Assembly (NCBI GenBank): GCA_025786725.1
Contig: JAHLTZ010000032.1
Location: forward strand, 248,328 to 312,327
Reading direction: 5' to 3'
DNA length: 64,000 bases
DNA from: Syncephalis fuscata S228
Lineage: Eukaryota; Fungi; Zoopagomycota
In this document: positions 40,038-54,967 of the stretch, in pieces
How the letters are laid out: every line of letters begins with the position of its first letter
How positions within the stretch are numbered: the stretch's first letter is position 1
Notes under the pieces: generated by a model
The model's input: the letters and a program-made list of their open reading frames with translations, nothing else
The model's database searches: none
Told to the model about the DNA's origin: nothing
Position numbers and translations under genes: made by a program

Positions 40038-41774
40038 TTAAGCGTTGGTATGGCATGGAGTAAACGACTGCTGCTTTTGCAATAATTCTTTGGTAATGCT
40101 TCGAGTAAAATTAGCGTCGTCGATTACAAGATTAAATTCCTGAGAATGAAACCAAGACTGAGCATCTTGATTCCCGCTTCCAAACAATGCAATTTCTAAA
40201 AAAAAATGGCATTGGCGCGTTAAGAGTATAATTAGCAGGTTTTAATCTACTTACCATTGTCGACATTCATAAACTTAACATGTGACCAGTTGTTTTTGTC
40301 AGGCTCCGTTTTAGGTGGCTGTTGTCGACCAACAAACCAGCAGGCTTGGAAATTAGTTGGTGGCTTGAAATTATTTAATCCAACCGTATTATAAAGCTGC
40401 TTTAATGCAATATGATTTGTGCCATCAGCCTCTGAATAAAACTGGCAGTAAGCTTTTGAGAAAAATTAACCAAACTACCAGTGGCTTACGTGAATCAGGA
40501 TATAATGCCTCGCCAACATCTTCAAAATGATAAGACGTTACTAGATCCACTTTTACGCCACGTCTCACGGTATCCGCAACTATTTGCCGAATATCTGGTA
40601 CATTGAAATTAGGTGTCTGAATAAAGACATTTTGTTTTGCAGAGTTCATCGCAACGATCCATGCTACGTTCTGTAGGTCCATGACTTTATGCAGTTCTAC
40701 GCGCGACTCCCAGTTGTGCGGTGCAACCAGTATAGGCACCATATCGGGTGTTGTTATGGGCATTGGCTGATGTAGTAAAGGCATAGGGACCGCACTGTTT
40801 TCCGAGCTGTGGCGGTTCATGCCATATTCGCTCTCACCATCACTGGTTGGCCGAGCAGTTCGCCAAATGTGAAAAAAGTCATTACGTGCAGCAAGTGCCA
40901 CAGGGCCTTCAATGTCGACCAGAAGTTCCAGTCCAGATGCCGAATCTATGTTCCTAGAGCCAACAATCACTTTTCGCCCATCTATTGTCATTGTCTTTGA
41001 ATGTAACGTCCCTGCAGGCCAGAAATGAAAAGTACGTAAACGAAAATCGATTGCTGGTAACTCAGCTGGGTCTGGCAAGCCCACCAGCCGAGTGGGTAGC
41101 TCATGAACGCCATTCAGCAAGTTAGGAACTAGTTCCAGCTTTCTCAGTAGTGCTTTAGCAACGGATTTATTTCCAGTATTTTTGAAAAGGCTAATAAGAT
41201 ATCCCAGGTCCACATCTGTTGCAACCACCAGGGCAAGCGCATCTGTGATCATGTAGACACGCACTCGGCGGCCCTCTTTCTGGGCTTTTGCGTTTAATTT
41301 TCTTAAACTTCTTGAGATATTTAATAAACATTTGGAATCTTGCTCAATTAAAAATGTCGACAGTACTACCTCTTCTTGCGCTTCCTCGATTGGCTTTGCA
41401 AACATTTCAGCACATAAATTATTATTTTCAGCATAGTCAATTGAATGACGCACTATTTTTCCAGCAGATAGAATTTGGTTCAATGGAATACTAGAATTCT
41501 TAAGCTCCGTTTTTTCAACATTAATCATTGCACTGTAAATTTTTTGTGCTATTCCGGAAAGTGGCCGTGGTAAAATAGCATTATCAACAGTATAAGCCAC
41601 GTCTGCTATTTTGTTACTCCATGGCAACTGTTTAGATTCTTCGATTGATAAATTTAAAGAACCGAATGGCGTGGCCAATGCATGCACGGCAAATTGGGCT
41701 GCAATAACTAAAAGCGTCGCCCGAAATAAATAAAGCCAAATTGACCAACGCATAAAAACACTATGGGCGTACAT
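40038..41774 (-). CDS. Secreted phospholipase D-superfamily protein, two HKD motifs (1 intron, frameshift near 40470)
   Basis: Signal-like N-terminus; LHSKTMTIDG..IVGSRN; VFIQTPN; HVKFMNVDN-EIALFGSGNQDAQSWFHSQEFNLVID. Confidence 0.85.
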
Positions 41775-42796
41775 TTCTGAACCTTCCAAAATGTACTATC
41801 AAAATCAGCATAATAGCTTAAGTTAGCAATAGTAGACGTAGCATGCAACTAATTATTCTACAACACATAACTTCCGTCTTTTGATTAATGGCTGATATTT
41901 ACCTTAGTCAGTAGAACTAATATTTTCTACAAGTTTAATAATACTGGTCTATAAATTTTTAATCAAAATCTTGTAAACAAAATAGTAAAATAATTCAAAT
42001 TTTATAGAGTTGAAATGTATAAGAATACTGATAATAAAATAAATGTAGAATATTTAGCTTGTGAATCACGCTTAAAAAAACGAATGTGCCTAGTAGCAAG
42101 TGGTAGAAACCTAGCAACTAGCTCTATGCCTATACCCATCACGTCACTAGAATTTTAAGTAAGGCCATGGCAACCAAAGTTTATTATTAAAAAAATAACA
42201 AAATACATATTACAAACTAGTAGTAATTGCATGTTTGTATCAATTATCGCAGAATTAACACCATTAATCGTATGAATTTGAGAATCTTCATCTATGGATT
42301 AAAACGTCGAAATATGAACATAAATAATAGCATTAATATCACATTCTTCAATATTTATACTAGGATAAAATTAGAGACATCAGCTAAACAAAAAGCAAAT
42401 AGTATGAGAACAGACATTAATAATAACAAATAAATGTAATAATAATAATAAGATCAATAAAGGCAATCTACACCAAATGCCGTTGTATCATAACATATAG
42501 CAAATTTCAGTACATTATAAAATGTGGAGTAATGAATTGTCTGTTAATATAAATGTGATGATATTTGCAGCTATTGTTTTTAAACATGCAATCTTTGTAT
42601 GGAAATCAAATACACAACTATTTTATTTTAAATCATCAATATGATAATAATGCCGAATCGGTCCAATTCCACATGTCGTTGCTACAACGGGACTATAACA
42701 ATTGAAGCCAGATATTGGTTATGAAAATCAATCAAATTTTCTTTTCTAAGCCATTAACCATTTACTTAGCGCTGCTCAGTCCATTCTTATTAGAAA

Positions 42797-44066
42797 ATGC
42801 TTTTTGATATCCGCTTAAAATCTATTATCGTTATAGCTGTAGTTGTTTGTAGCCTAACATCCAACACTATTACAAAAGTATTATGTGCTAGTCCCAATAA
42901 AGCCCATGTAACATCAACAAAAATTATTCGAAAGCCTTTAAAACAGTCAATTGCTAGAGAATATCCAGAGTTTTCATCAGTAGCTGGTTTAACCGATATT
43001 AAATGGATATCTAAAAAGGCCAATATAATAACACTTAAAGCATACTTTTTTCAAAAACCCGTTTTTTTAAAATGTGCCAAACAAAAGGCAATATATACGA
43101 AGGAGCTAAACATTATAAAGGTAATACTTTTGCTGAATGTATATACTATAATAAATGTTAATATTGCTGTAGAAAATCTTTAATTCAAATCCAGGCAATG
43201 ATGAATGTGGTCTACCCTACTGGGTTCATAATCTTTTTTTACCGATTACAAACACCTTTACTACAAATAATGGGTTTGATTGTACAGTTTATCCAAGAAC
43301 AGAAACTACTGTTAGTCTCCGCGAATTTATAGACCAGGCTTCTATAGTTGATCGATACAAGGCTGCTTATAGCATTACCCGCCAATTGTTAATGGGTAGG
43401 TGACTTTACTTACAGCTGTAGTTTATATTTACAAACATAACTTGAATTACAATAGCCAATGCCTATCTTCATTGCAAAAATATTATACATCGTAATATCC
43501 AGCCCAATAGTAAGTTTGTACGACATCTTCAATATCACCTAACATTTGTATCAGACATTCTTATTGACATAGATAATACGGGCCTTGTTTCACTCAAACT
43601 TATCAATTTTTATAATGCTATTGAAGTACCATCTAGTATGGAGGGTCGTTTAACGTGTGTGACATTAGCCTATTGTAGTCCTGAGACATTTGTGCATGGT
43701 ATTAAATTTAGTTTTACTAAATCCGAATCTTGGGCGATTGGTGTAGTATTGTACGAGCTATTGATGAAAAGGCTTCCATACGGTAATTCCCTCAATTTAA
43801 ATATTAAAGAGATAAAAGATAGATATAAGACTACTTTAATTAAAGCATTCAACCTGAAGAAGATTCAGCATGAGTTAATTGAGATTGATTCAAAATTCAA
43901 CGGTATTGCTGACCAATATAATACTATTGCCATTGTCCTGTGGATCACACTTTTGCTGTTACCAGATCCTGCTCAGCGATACACTCCACACGAGATGCTA
44001 ATGAATATTGTATTTCCACATGAGCAAGAAATATTCAATAGACTTAATCAACCAAGCAATGCTTAA
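42797..44066 (+). CDS. Secreted protein-kinase-like protein (probable pseudokinase), 4 exons
   Basis: Signal peptide; VFLKC; YLHCKNIIHRNIQPNNIL; LKLINFYNA; TLAYCSPE; SESWAIGVVLYELL; PDPAQRYT. Confidence 0.8.
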
Positions 44067-44164
44067 GCTATGTTTAATTAAACAATAAATAATTCATTCA
44101 TTCATTAATAATATTATATTAGCTATTGATGTATAATCGTCGTGTATATTAAATTTATTGTCAA

Positions 44165-45125
44165 TTATATCTTAAAATCGGCCGGCGGTTCCCAATTCTC
44201 AATGCCCAAATCAGCATAGTATTCCCGCCATGCCTGGATCACTAATTCTTCCGTTTGAATATCAACAAGGCTGCGTTTATTCGAGCGCAGTTCACTTAAT
44301 CGACGCTGTTCCGCTTCTTGTTCTCGTTGAATTTGAATAAAGGTGAATTCACCAGAAGTAGTTGATACAGAGGGTATTGACGATGATGGATTCAGCTGTT
44401 GTTTACGAGATGGCCGACGCTTATGCACATCCGTCCTCATTGTATCATGCACAGGTGTTGTTATATTTGGAAAATCCTTACTAGACGTACTTGACATTAG
44501 AGGTGTAGTTCCAATGAGTGGCACTGACCAGCCACGGGCCGAATTAGATTTGTGTGCAGCAGATTGTTCTATCACTCGATGACTTGGTCGTTCCACTCTT
44601 CCTTCTTTCGAATCTCGTCGAGTTTTATTTATTGCTATTGGTGATGGTGCTGCTTTGCTAGGTGATTGACCAGTAGGAATAATTGAAGTGATAGAACTCG
44701 AAGTGGGCAGTCCCCAAGTGACAGCGGCAGCAGCAGTAGGTGGCGTGCGTGGTGATATTTGGTCTTTGCCCGTGTGTTGTGACTGACGTTTTCGTTCGCG
44801 TTGTGATAATTTCGGCTTTATAGCTATTGGAATCGTCGTTGTCTCTTTTGTTGCTGGTGGCGATGTCGGCATGGCAACACGAGACATCTATTATCCAGTA
44901 TCTATTAGTCGGTTAAAGTAAGAATAATGCATGGCAGTTACCGTGTTTGGAGATGTTACTGCTATTGATTTAGCTATGCTGGCTGCTTGTTTTTTGGACG
45001 CTGAAGAGCTTGTTGTTGAACTAGTTGCCTTCTGCTCCTGCATAATGTCGACTAATAAAAGTCGTTCTGATGATGTTATTTTTGATTCATGCTTTTTTGG
45101 TGATCTAGCATATTAATTAGCACCA

Positions 45126-45170
<45 letters not shown>

Positions 45171-48100
45171 TTACTGACTGGCCCAAGTCATTTTAATATC
45201 GCTGTTATTATTATTGTGATTATTACTTTTAATGTTGTTATCACTTTTAAGTGAAAGCGGTAATTTGTTGCTTTTTCTGTTTGCTTTCTTGGTACTTAAT
45301 AAAAGCTTTGGAATTGCCGCTGCCGATACTGAAGAAATACTACTACCATTACTATCATTATTTTTAGCTACAATTGACTCTGTATTAGCTGACGATGAAA
45401 ATCGTGCTTTACTCATCGGTTTACTCCAATCGTCAGTATGATAGGCCAATTGAGCATCAAAATTTCGAGTTGTAGACCATTTCCGAGCTTGTCGTCGGCG
45501 CCACTCTTTTTCAAGTCGATGCAGTAGAATTGCATCAGTTTTATAAAGTAGACGCAATTCCAATGCAGCGTCGATATTATTACACAAATAGTCCAAACAT
45601 ACGTCAAGCAATTGTCGAGCATGATGTCGTTCGGCCATATCGGCTAATAAAAGCACTGTGTGCATATTCACTAGTTATTAAATTAGCTACATTGTTATAG
45701 GGTTAAGTTTAGCAAAATTATTTACCATACTGGCTCAATAATTGCTGGCATATTTGTTTTAATCGCTCAAGTAACAACTCATCAGCTAGACCCAATAGTT
45801 CTTGCATAAATATAAAGTAATCCTCGGTGTTGCCAAACGCTATTTAAATATATTATGTTAATATTAAATTACTATTCAATCAATAGTATTGGCAACCTAC
45901 TTTGTTCGTCTAATAATTCAGCGCCTTCATCAGTATACATATATTTCAATGCTAATTTCATAGTGGACCAATTGCAATGTTTAAGATTAATTCGAGGTAT
46001 TGTATCTCTTCCAATTAACCATGGAGAATCATGCGCAAGTATAGCAGCGAAAAAATCTGATCTATAATATGTATATGTATTAATAAACAGTATTATTATT
46101 GTTGTTGTTATTATTATTGTTGTAACTGAATGTTATTTACCGGTGGCATAATATAGTACGATGCGCCATAACCTGTCCATCAGATAGATCAAGTATAATA
46201 TCCGCATAATCACCCAAGGTCCATAGATTGCCTGCGTTATTGGTTATTGCAGAACTGACTAGCTGTGCATTGTACAAAAGGGTCAGAGAGCTGCCTGTTG
46301 CACTAGAATTGTTATGGATCATTGAGCGTAATTCGTGTAATTCAAGTAGTTGAGCTAGTCGTATGACATCATCAGTAAAATCTGGTTGTATTGTATATTG
46401 CCGACTATAGATAAATACTAATGTGCTAAGCAGTGCCTCAAGAGTACAGCCAGTGATTTCGATACGGCATGGAGTAGAGGTATAGCGTATTGTAAGACTG
46501 TCACGGCCAATGCGACATTCATTTTCGATTGTTAATAGTAGTCGCTTTAATACTGGGCTGCGACGAGTAAGAATGACGCGATGTGCCATAGTAGAATAGT
46601 GCTCTGAAACAATCTGTATATCACCTAAACCATCTCCATTCCAGCTGTGAACTGGCGCGGTTGTTAATTGATATTTCAGCCTGTAGGCAGCATCTTTGGA
46701 TTCATCTTCATTATTTAACAACGATTGGATTAAATCATGTGATAGTGTTGGTGAAATGGGCGAGATTAAACAAAGTGGCAGTTCTGTATGGACTGCTGCG
46801 TAAGATCCACTTGTGCCGGCACATACGTTTGTTACTCGGTGCAGCTGCGGTAGTCGTTCCATTTTTCCATTCTCCCGACTTGTCCAGACCTGGCCAGACC
46901 GAGTGCAAAGAATAACTCGAGCGTCATGACCAATGCCAAATCCAACTGCTTGCGTAGATATGTTTCGAGGTGACCAAACCCGCTTAATTGATCTAGTACG
47001 TTTGTTGGCTATATTAATGCTCTGGTCTGTCGGCCAAATAAAAACGTCGCCCCATACCGTCAATGCGCCCATGTATCCCTCAGTATCACTGGATAATCGG
47101 GTAACATGAGGTAATGGTGCAGATAGCGGTTGATACGCATGCATTTCTGGCGGTATACGATGCACCGGTAGCGAGATACGCTGACAGCGTCCTTGCATCA
47201 ATGTATATACTTCACCATTTTCCATTAAACAAGCAGTTGCCGTCTCGGTTGCTACTACTTGCAAAATTAGCTGGTGATGAGGCAGTTGCGACACATGACG
47301 CGGTTGAATCTGATGGGTTCCCGTTATTTCATAGCCGAGTTGACCTTGATCCCTCCCAAATGTATAGAGCGTGTCTTTTGTATGAACAGCTGTATGCCAT
47401 GTGGAGGCAGCACAGCCTATGATTATTTGTTGTCGAAGTACACCAAGTACACGTTTCGGCTCCAATTGAACCGGATCTTCCTTGTCATATTTCTGAGCTG
47501 TATTAAAGGTTTCGTCTTGAGATATTGGATATCCTAATTGCCCCCACCGATTACGACCAAACGTATAAACTTCACCTTTAGTTGTTATAACAACAGTATG
47601 ATCACGTCCACAAGCTGCCGTGCTTACAGAATCTGGCAAGCCTTGTACAGGTTTTAAGACAAATCGGGTCGATTCACTATTGCCTAGTCTTCCACCATGT
47701 CCAAATCCACATGTTAGTAAATTGGACGTTGTAGTTGGTGCTGTTAATACAATCATATGAAACTTTGACATAGCAATTGCCACAATAGAAGATGCAGTCT
47801 GACTAGTGGCTTCTATGTCTAATTTAGTATGATTTTCAAGAGTACTGGTTTCATGAGATGTTAGAGACACTCGGTCTGGACGGGTACGGTCATTTTGATC
47901 GGCATGACCAAGAACATAATTGGAGTTTTTTCCCCATGTATATAGTGTGGTGTGTATATGGGGCCAGTGAGTCTTATTTTTCTCATATTCTGTTCGATCA
48001 TTAGTTTCAAGAGTGCGTTTTGATAATGAAACTGTGTAGTCATAGATATTATGATGGTGATGTGCTCCATACAGGCTATTTGACGTAGCTGATAATGGAA

Positions 48101-48732
48101 GGTACTCGCGTAGCATATCAATTGGATCCAGGTCATCATGATCCTAATGATTTTAATTAAATATTATTATATATATATATTCTACACACCTTAATTGACG
48201 TGTCTATTCCTTTGATCTTTAAAAGTTCAATGGCTGTTCGAAAGTGACCATAATAGAGTGCACGATGGAGTGGTGTCCAGCCTGACTCTTCGTCACGTTG
48301 ATTGGCGCCAGCAATAATGGTACCAGCAATATGAGCAGTAAATATATCACGGTTTTTTCGTTGAGATAGCTGCGTATTTAGTTCTTCTGATCGGCAAACA
48401 ATACGACGCGCTGCACGTATAACGTTCGTACAGCCCCAACTAGCTGCGTAATGCAGTAAATTACGACCATATGAATCTGATTCAATCCGTGGCTGTCTTG
48501 ATCGACGTCCTTTGCGGCCAATCTCCTTACCGGTAGGATCTTCGGTCGATCGTGAAATACCAGCGGTTAACGTCATCAACAATTGTTGATCTTTGGTTAA
48601 TGTTAATTCTTCATCGCTACTCTCCTCATCGCTAACATCTTTTAGATATTCAATATAATCAGGCGCATCTAAGCTAGCCGTATAAGCTGCTTTGTAAGAC
48701 TGATGCGCCTGTAGTTGCTTGGCTAGTTCCAT
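44165..48732 (-). CDS. Ankyrin-RCC1-BTB protein, IBTK/Btb1-like (multi-exon)
   Basis: DEESGWTPLHRALYYG ankyrin; TWGKNSNYVLG, CGFGHGGRLG, TFGRNRWGQLG RCC1 repeats; AHRVIL and AHRTILCHR BTB domains; C-terminal LSQRERKR and KRSLVDIQTEE. Confidence 0.9.
45126..45168. repeat. (TTA)n microsatellite in an IBTK-like intron
   Basis: Direct inspection. Confidence 0.9.
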
Positions 48733-49417
48733 AAAATGTCAGCTAACGCTGGCCACCTAACTTCTAACACAGAATCGATGATAGCAAAATCAGCAATTCT
48801 ATGCTAGATGTCAAGTGCTATTTGCCTGTGTATTAGCTGTGCTTAGTCAAAGGAAAGTGAAATATATTCTTTGAATGACTGCAGTGCTGTGTCTTTGTAA
48901 TATTTGGCTGTTCGCAATTACTACTGCAAAGCAATAAAAATAACTGCTTTGAATATCAATAATACTATGGCTTGTTCGCTATTTTAGCGGCTTAGGTGCG
49001 CCATGATAAGCTGTAATAAAGAAACGACAAAATAGAAATGCTGATAACGCTTGGGAAACAAATAGAAAATCTATAAATCAATTCAGGCCAATGATGACTC
49101 AGATCTACAATGCAATTGGTTATTCTTTAATAGTATGTTCTATTGTAATAGATACTGTGTAAAATGGCATCCAGCTACGTTATCGCATTCACTATTTATT
49201 AATACATCTTATAGTTACACTTGTTTTGCAATAAATCACCTTCTATTCATTGATATTTATTCCTTACTACACATCATGCTACTAATAAATATATTCTATG
49301 ATATTAAGTAATTTTTGGGACTCAGATGAGGTTTATTATCTTTAATTTTTTATTATATTGGCTATTTAATTGACAACATGTTCTATGATGATGAGTGTTT
49401 TTTATGGGCCAAATGAC

Positions 49418-50248
49418 TTATTATTTCACATTGCATCTATTAATCAATTAAACTCGGCTGTTTATAAATATTGACTGACAGGCTCACATCTCACAATCTA
49501 CGTCACCACATTTCCCTTTCTCTTTCTTTACACTTGACAGCATATATCCATTACATATACTTGTACACTCCATATATACTATATAGATAGTGTTGGTAGT
49601 TGACTGGCTACTAGTCAAGTACAAACACTATTTACACTATGTCTTTGCATTGCTCTTTTGTAATCTGACCTTTATTACTCCAAACATTGGTATTGACGGT
49701 TTTATTGACACGGTAAGTGCATTTCTGACTTGTTTTTATGTTATTTTGAGCATATGTTGTGAAATATCGCTGTATGTTTTGTTTTAATATGGATCACACT
49801 CGCAAGCCATTTGATAGCAGCTTTACATTCTCGACAGTGCGTGTGATTTGCCATTATCGAGACTATACAAGCTATTGCTAAAACAATATGCAGTAGCGTC
49901 TATGGCAAACCCGAATATACAGTGGCTTTGGTAGTATATAGTCATCGTATTCGTCGTGTACAGTTGCTGTACATGTACAACAGCGACAGCATAGGAAGTG
50001 TTGTTATATGTACACGGCAGCCAGCACGATGACTAGTTGGCTATGTGCAGCCATTTCTTCATTGATTATCTTCTTATTTGCTTTCTTCGATCGCTTGAGC
50101 AATCTGATTTATCAATTTCCCTTCCAAGCACTGGTGTTTGTACGATACTGTACTGCCTTCTTGTTTTTGCGCTGCTTTTTTTGGTTCAGCACTGTAACTG
50201 GCACGTATGTATAGTTATTATTCTGCATAACTATAACTACTAAATGAT
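49418..50248. repeat. Direct repeat copy A (~0.83 kb), near-identical to 54141-54967
   Basis: Constant 4723-bp offset, identical ORF translations, only a handful of substitutions and one 6-bp indel. Confidence 0.95.
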
Positions 50249-50281
50249 AAAATTGATAATATAAATTTAATAAAATAAAAA

Positions 50282-51746
<1,465 letters not shown>

Positions 51747-51999
51747 GTTAGTAATAGCTGGTCGTCTACGCTAGACACTACCTACGCCATTCTACTAGCT
51801 TAGTGAATGATGACGAGCCAGCTGCACGACCTAGCACTCTTTGTCTAGTAATTGCGTACATTGCAAATAAAATAGAAGAAGAATAAGTGAGGCGTGCAAG
51901 TATACGCGTAACACGCTATTTTATTAGTTTGCTAGTTGTGTCAAAGAGTGACGACGAACACGGATCGGACAAATTAAAACTCCGTTGGCTACAGGCCTA

Positions 52000-53226
52000 C
52001 TAAAGCTCATCATGCTCATCCATATCTTTGTCTGATTGCTTCTTTTGTTTCTTGGCCTTTTCCTGTTTCGATAAGATCGGGCCGAACTCGGGTCTTAGTG
52101 CCAATGCTTGCAAATTGTCGGCCCGTTTACTGACAAGTAAAGTCATAAGCAGTTCCACGCTATGAACACTAAATGGCTGATCTGCTTCCAGTACTAAATA
52201 ATCCCGACTGTTCCACTGCATGCCAACGGCCAAGGGTCGTCTAGCTGGCAGTTCAAGTCGTCGAGCAATAATACCATCATTAGGTGCTCGTATATAGCCA
52301 AATTCAAATGGACCTTTGGCTTCTCGGTCATTTTCAAGAATGGTCTGCAAAATATCAATATATTCTTGATCAGCCTTCACTTGTTCTTCATCGCTTGGAT
52401 CCACTTCATCAAGCAATACTAATAGACACGAATTACGACGACTATCCATGCATCGGTCCATATCAGCCTGAGATTCAATAGAAATAACGACATCTATAAT
52501 ATTAATTATTAATAAATTGTTAATGAATATACTAAATTATTATAAAATCATACCTGTATTTGTATTTGTTTCAGTCTTTTCGAATGATTTACTTTCATAT
52601 GTTGTTTTCTTTTCTTTCTTTGCTTTATTGTCCTTTTTGTTCTTTTGCTTCTTTTCTTTAGAGGCCTGCTTTTGCTTTTTATTACTTTTGTCCGACTTGG
52701 CGGGTGCAGCATGTTCCTCAAGGAAAGCTAGCAACTTTGAATAAACTAATTTATCTATCATTATTTATAAATAAAAAAGTTATAATCTAGACTAGTTATT
52801 TACTATTTACCTTGATAAATAATCGGCTCATCAAATTCTGATGTCGAGTCGGATAATATAAGTAGTGCTGGTGTCTTATTTATTCCATAGCGTTGAATAA
52901 CCTTTTTATCACGTGAAACGCCCAAGCGTAGACGGCCATAGAGTTCAAGTGCTAGTGTTTGCATTAATGGTGCCACCTTGGACTTGTCCGTAAGTAAAAT
53001 GGCTTTGGGCAAGCCAGCAGGTAGATTAGCAAGAAAGCTATCTTCATCTTTAAGAAATAGGTCGATATTACTACGAGCAATTGTTGATTTACCCGAAGTA
53101 AGAAGTGTTGTAGACCAGTTGGGTAATCGATCAAGACCTGCTTGTACAAGAGCCTCAACCTCTCGTGGTCCCTGGTAATCTGTTTGTTATATAAATATAT
53201 AATTAATTGATGCTTAGTAATGATAC

Positions 53227-53274
<48 letters not shown>

Positions 53275-53807
53275 CCTACCAATCGACGATTTCTTAATCA
53301 ACGATTTCTTTTTACTTTTTTTATCTTGCAATGGATAATAAATCTTAATTGTAGGAAAGCCACTCACGCCTTGCATACCACAGAATTGCTTATTTTCCTC
53401 AGTATCACAGTCCATGGCTGCGACTATTACTTGGTTCTTTAATTGTTTGGCAGCACTTGAATATTTCGGCGCAAGTCTAGTATATGAAATACATTGTATA
53501 TATGTATATGTTAAGGACTAATAGGATGTGCTGTATTTTGTATACTGACTGTTGGCAGTGACCACACCATGGTGCAAAGAACTCTAGTAGAACGACGCCC
53601 TATAAAATAGAGTTAATAATACTATTTCTATTTGTTGTAGCTTTAACTTACATTGCTTTTATAAACGACCTCATTAAAGTTATTAGCGGTAACCAGCTTT
53701 ACAGCCGATTTTTTACCATAAAACGCGTGAACCGAACCAAACTGGCCCAGTGCAGCAACAGCCAATACAAGCTGTACTGTCGCGCCCTTCCAAGATTCCA
53801 GCCACAT
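52000..53807 (-). CDS. ER protein disulfide isomerase, MPD1/PDIA6-like (multi-exon)
   Basis: Signal peptide, EFFAPWCGHCQ, DCD..NKQFC...GVSGFPTIK, DYQGPR, C-terminal HDEL. Confidence 0.9.
53229..53271. repeat. (TAA)n microsatellite in a PDI intron
   Basis: Direct inspection. Confidence 0.9.
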
Positions 53808-54140
53808 GATGTTGTTAAGCAATAAGTAAGTAATCGAGTATGCAAGTTGTAATATATAGAATAATCAAAGTAATGAAGAGTTATCCAACCATTCGCATCA
53901 TTGTTGTCCAATTTTCATTGGCCCAATTCATAAAAGTTGATACCTATTCAATCTATATAAAATTTAGATTATTAATGACTTTTATTATTTTTAATTGATC
54001 TTTTAATATACTCGCTATTATACTGAATATATGTTCCATAATAATGAGTTTTTTTTTGAGTGTAAATAACTTTTATTCTTGATGCACTATTGCTTCACTT
54101 GTTGTTCTATGATGTACCGACATGTTGGGTAGATTGACTT

Positions 54141-54967
54141 TTATTATTTCACATTGCATTTATTAATGAATTAAACTCGGCTGTTTATAAATATTGACTG
54201 ACAGGCTCACATCTCACAATCTACGTCATCACATTTTCCTTTCTCTTTCTTTACACTTGACAGCATATATCCATTACATATACTTGTACACTCCATATAT
54301 ACTATATAGATAGTGTTGGTAGTTGACTGGCTACTAGTCAAGTACAAACACTATTTACACTATGTCTTTGCATTGCTCTTTTGTAATCTGACCTTTATTA
54401 CTCCAAACATTGGTATTGACGGTTTTATTGACACGGTAAGTGCATTTCTGACTTGTTTTTATGTTATTTTGAGCATATGTTGTGAAATATCGCTGTATGT
54501 TTTGTTTTAATATGGATCACACTCGCAAGCCATTTGATAGCAGCTTTACATTCTCGACAGTGCGTGTGATTTGCCATTATCGAGACTATACAAGCTATTG
54601 CTAAAACAGTATGCAGTAGCGTCTATGGCAAACCCGAATATACAGTGGCTTTGGTAGTATATAGTCATCGTATTCGTCGTGTACAGTTGCTGTACATGTA
54701 CAACAGCGACAGCATAGGAAGTGTTGTTATATGTACACGGCAGCCAGCACGATGACTAGTTGGCTATGTGCAGCCATTTCTTCATTGATTATCTTCTTAT
54801 TTGCTTTCTTCGATCGCTTGAGCAATCTGATTTATCAATTTCCCTTCCAAGCACTGGTGTTTGTACGATACTGTACTGCCTTCTTGTTTTTGCGCTGCTT
54901 TTTTTGGTTCAGCACTGTAACTGGCACGTATGTATAGTTATTATTCTGCATAACTACTAAATGATAA
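54141..54967. repeat. Direct repeat copy B (~0.83 kb)
   Basis: Near-identical to 49418-50248. Confidence 0.95.

Noticed and set aside
49639-49712. MSLHCSFVI-TGA-PLLL as a selenoprotein or read-through ORF
   Set aside because: No redox motif, no recognisable SECIS and no homology; at most a uORF.
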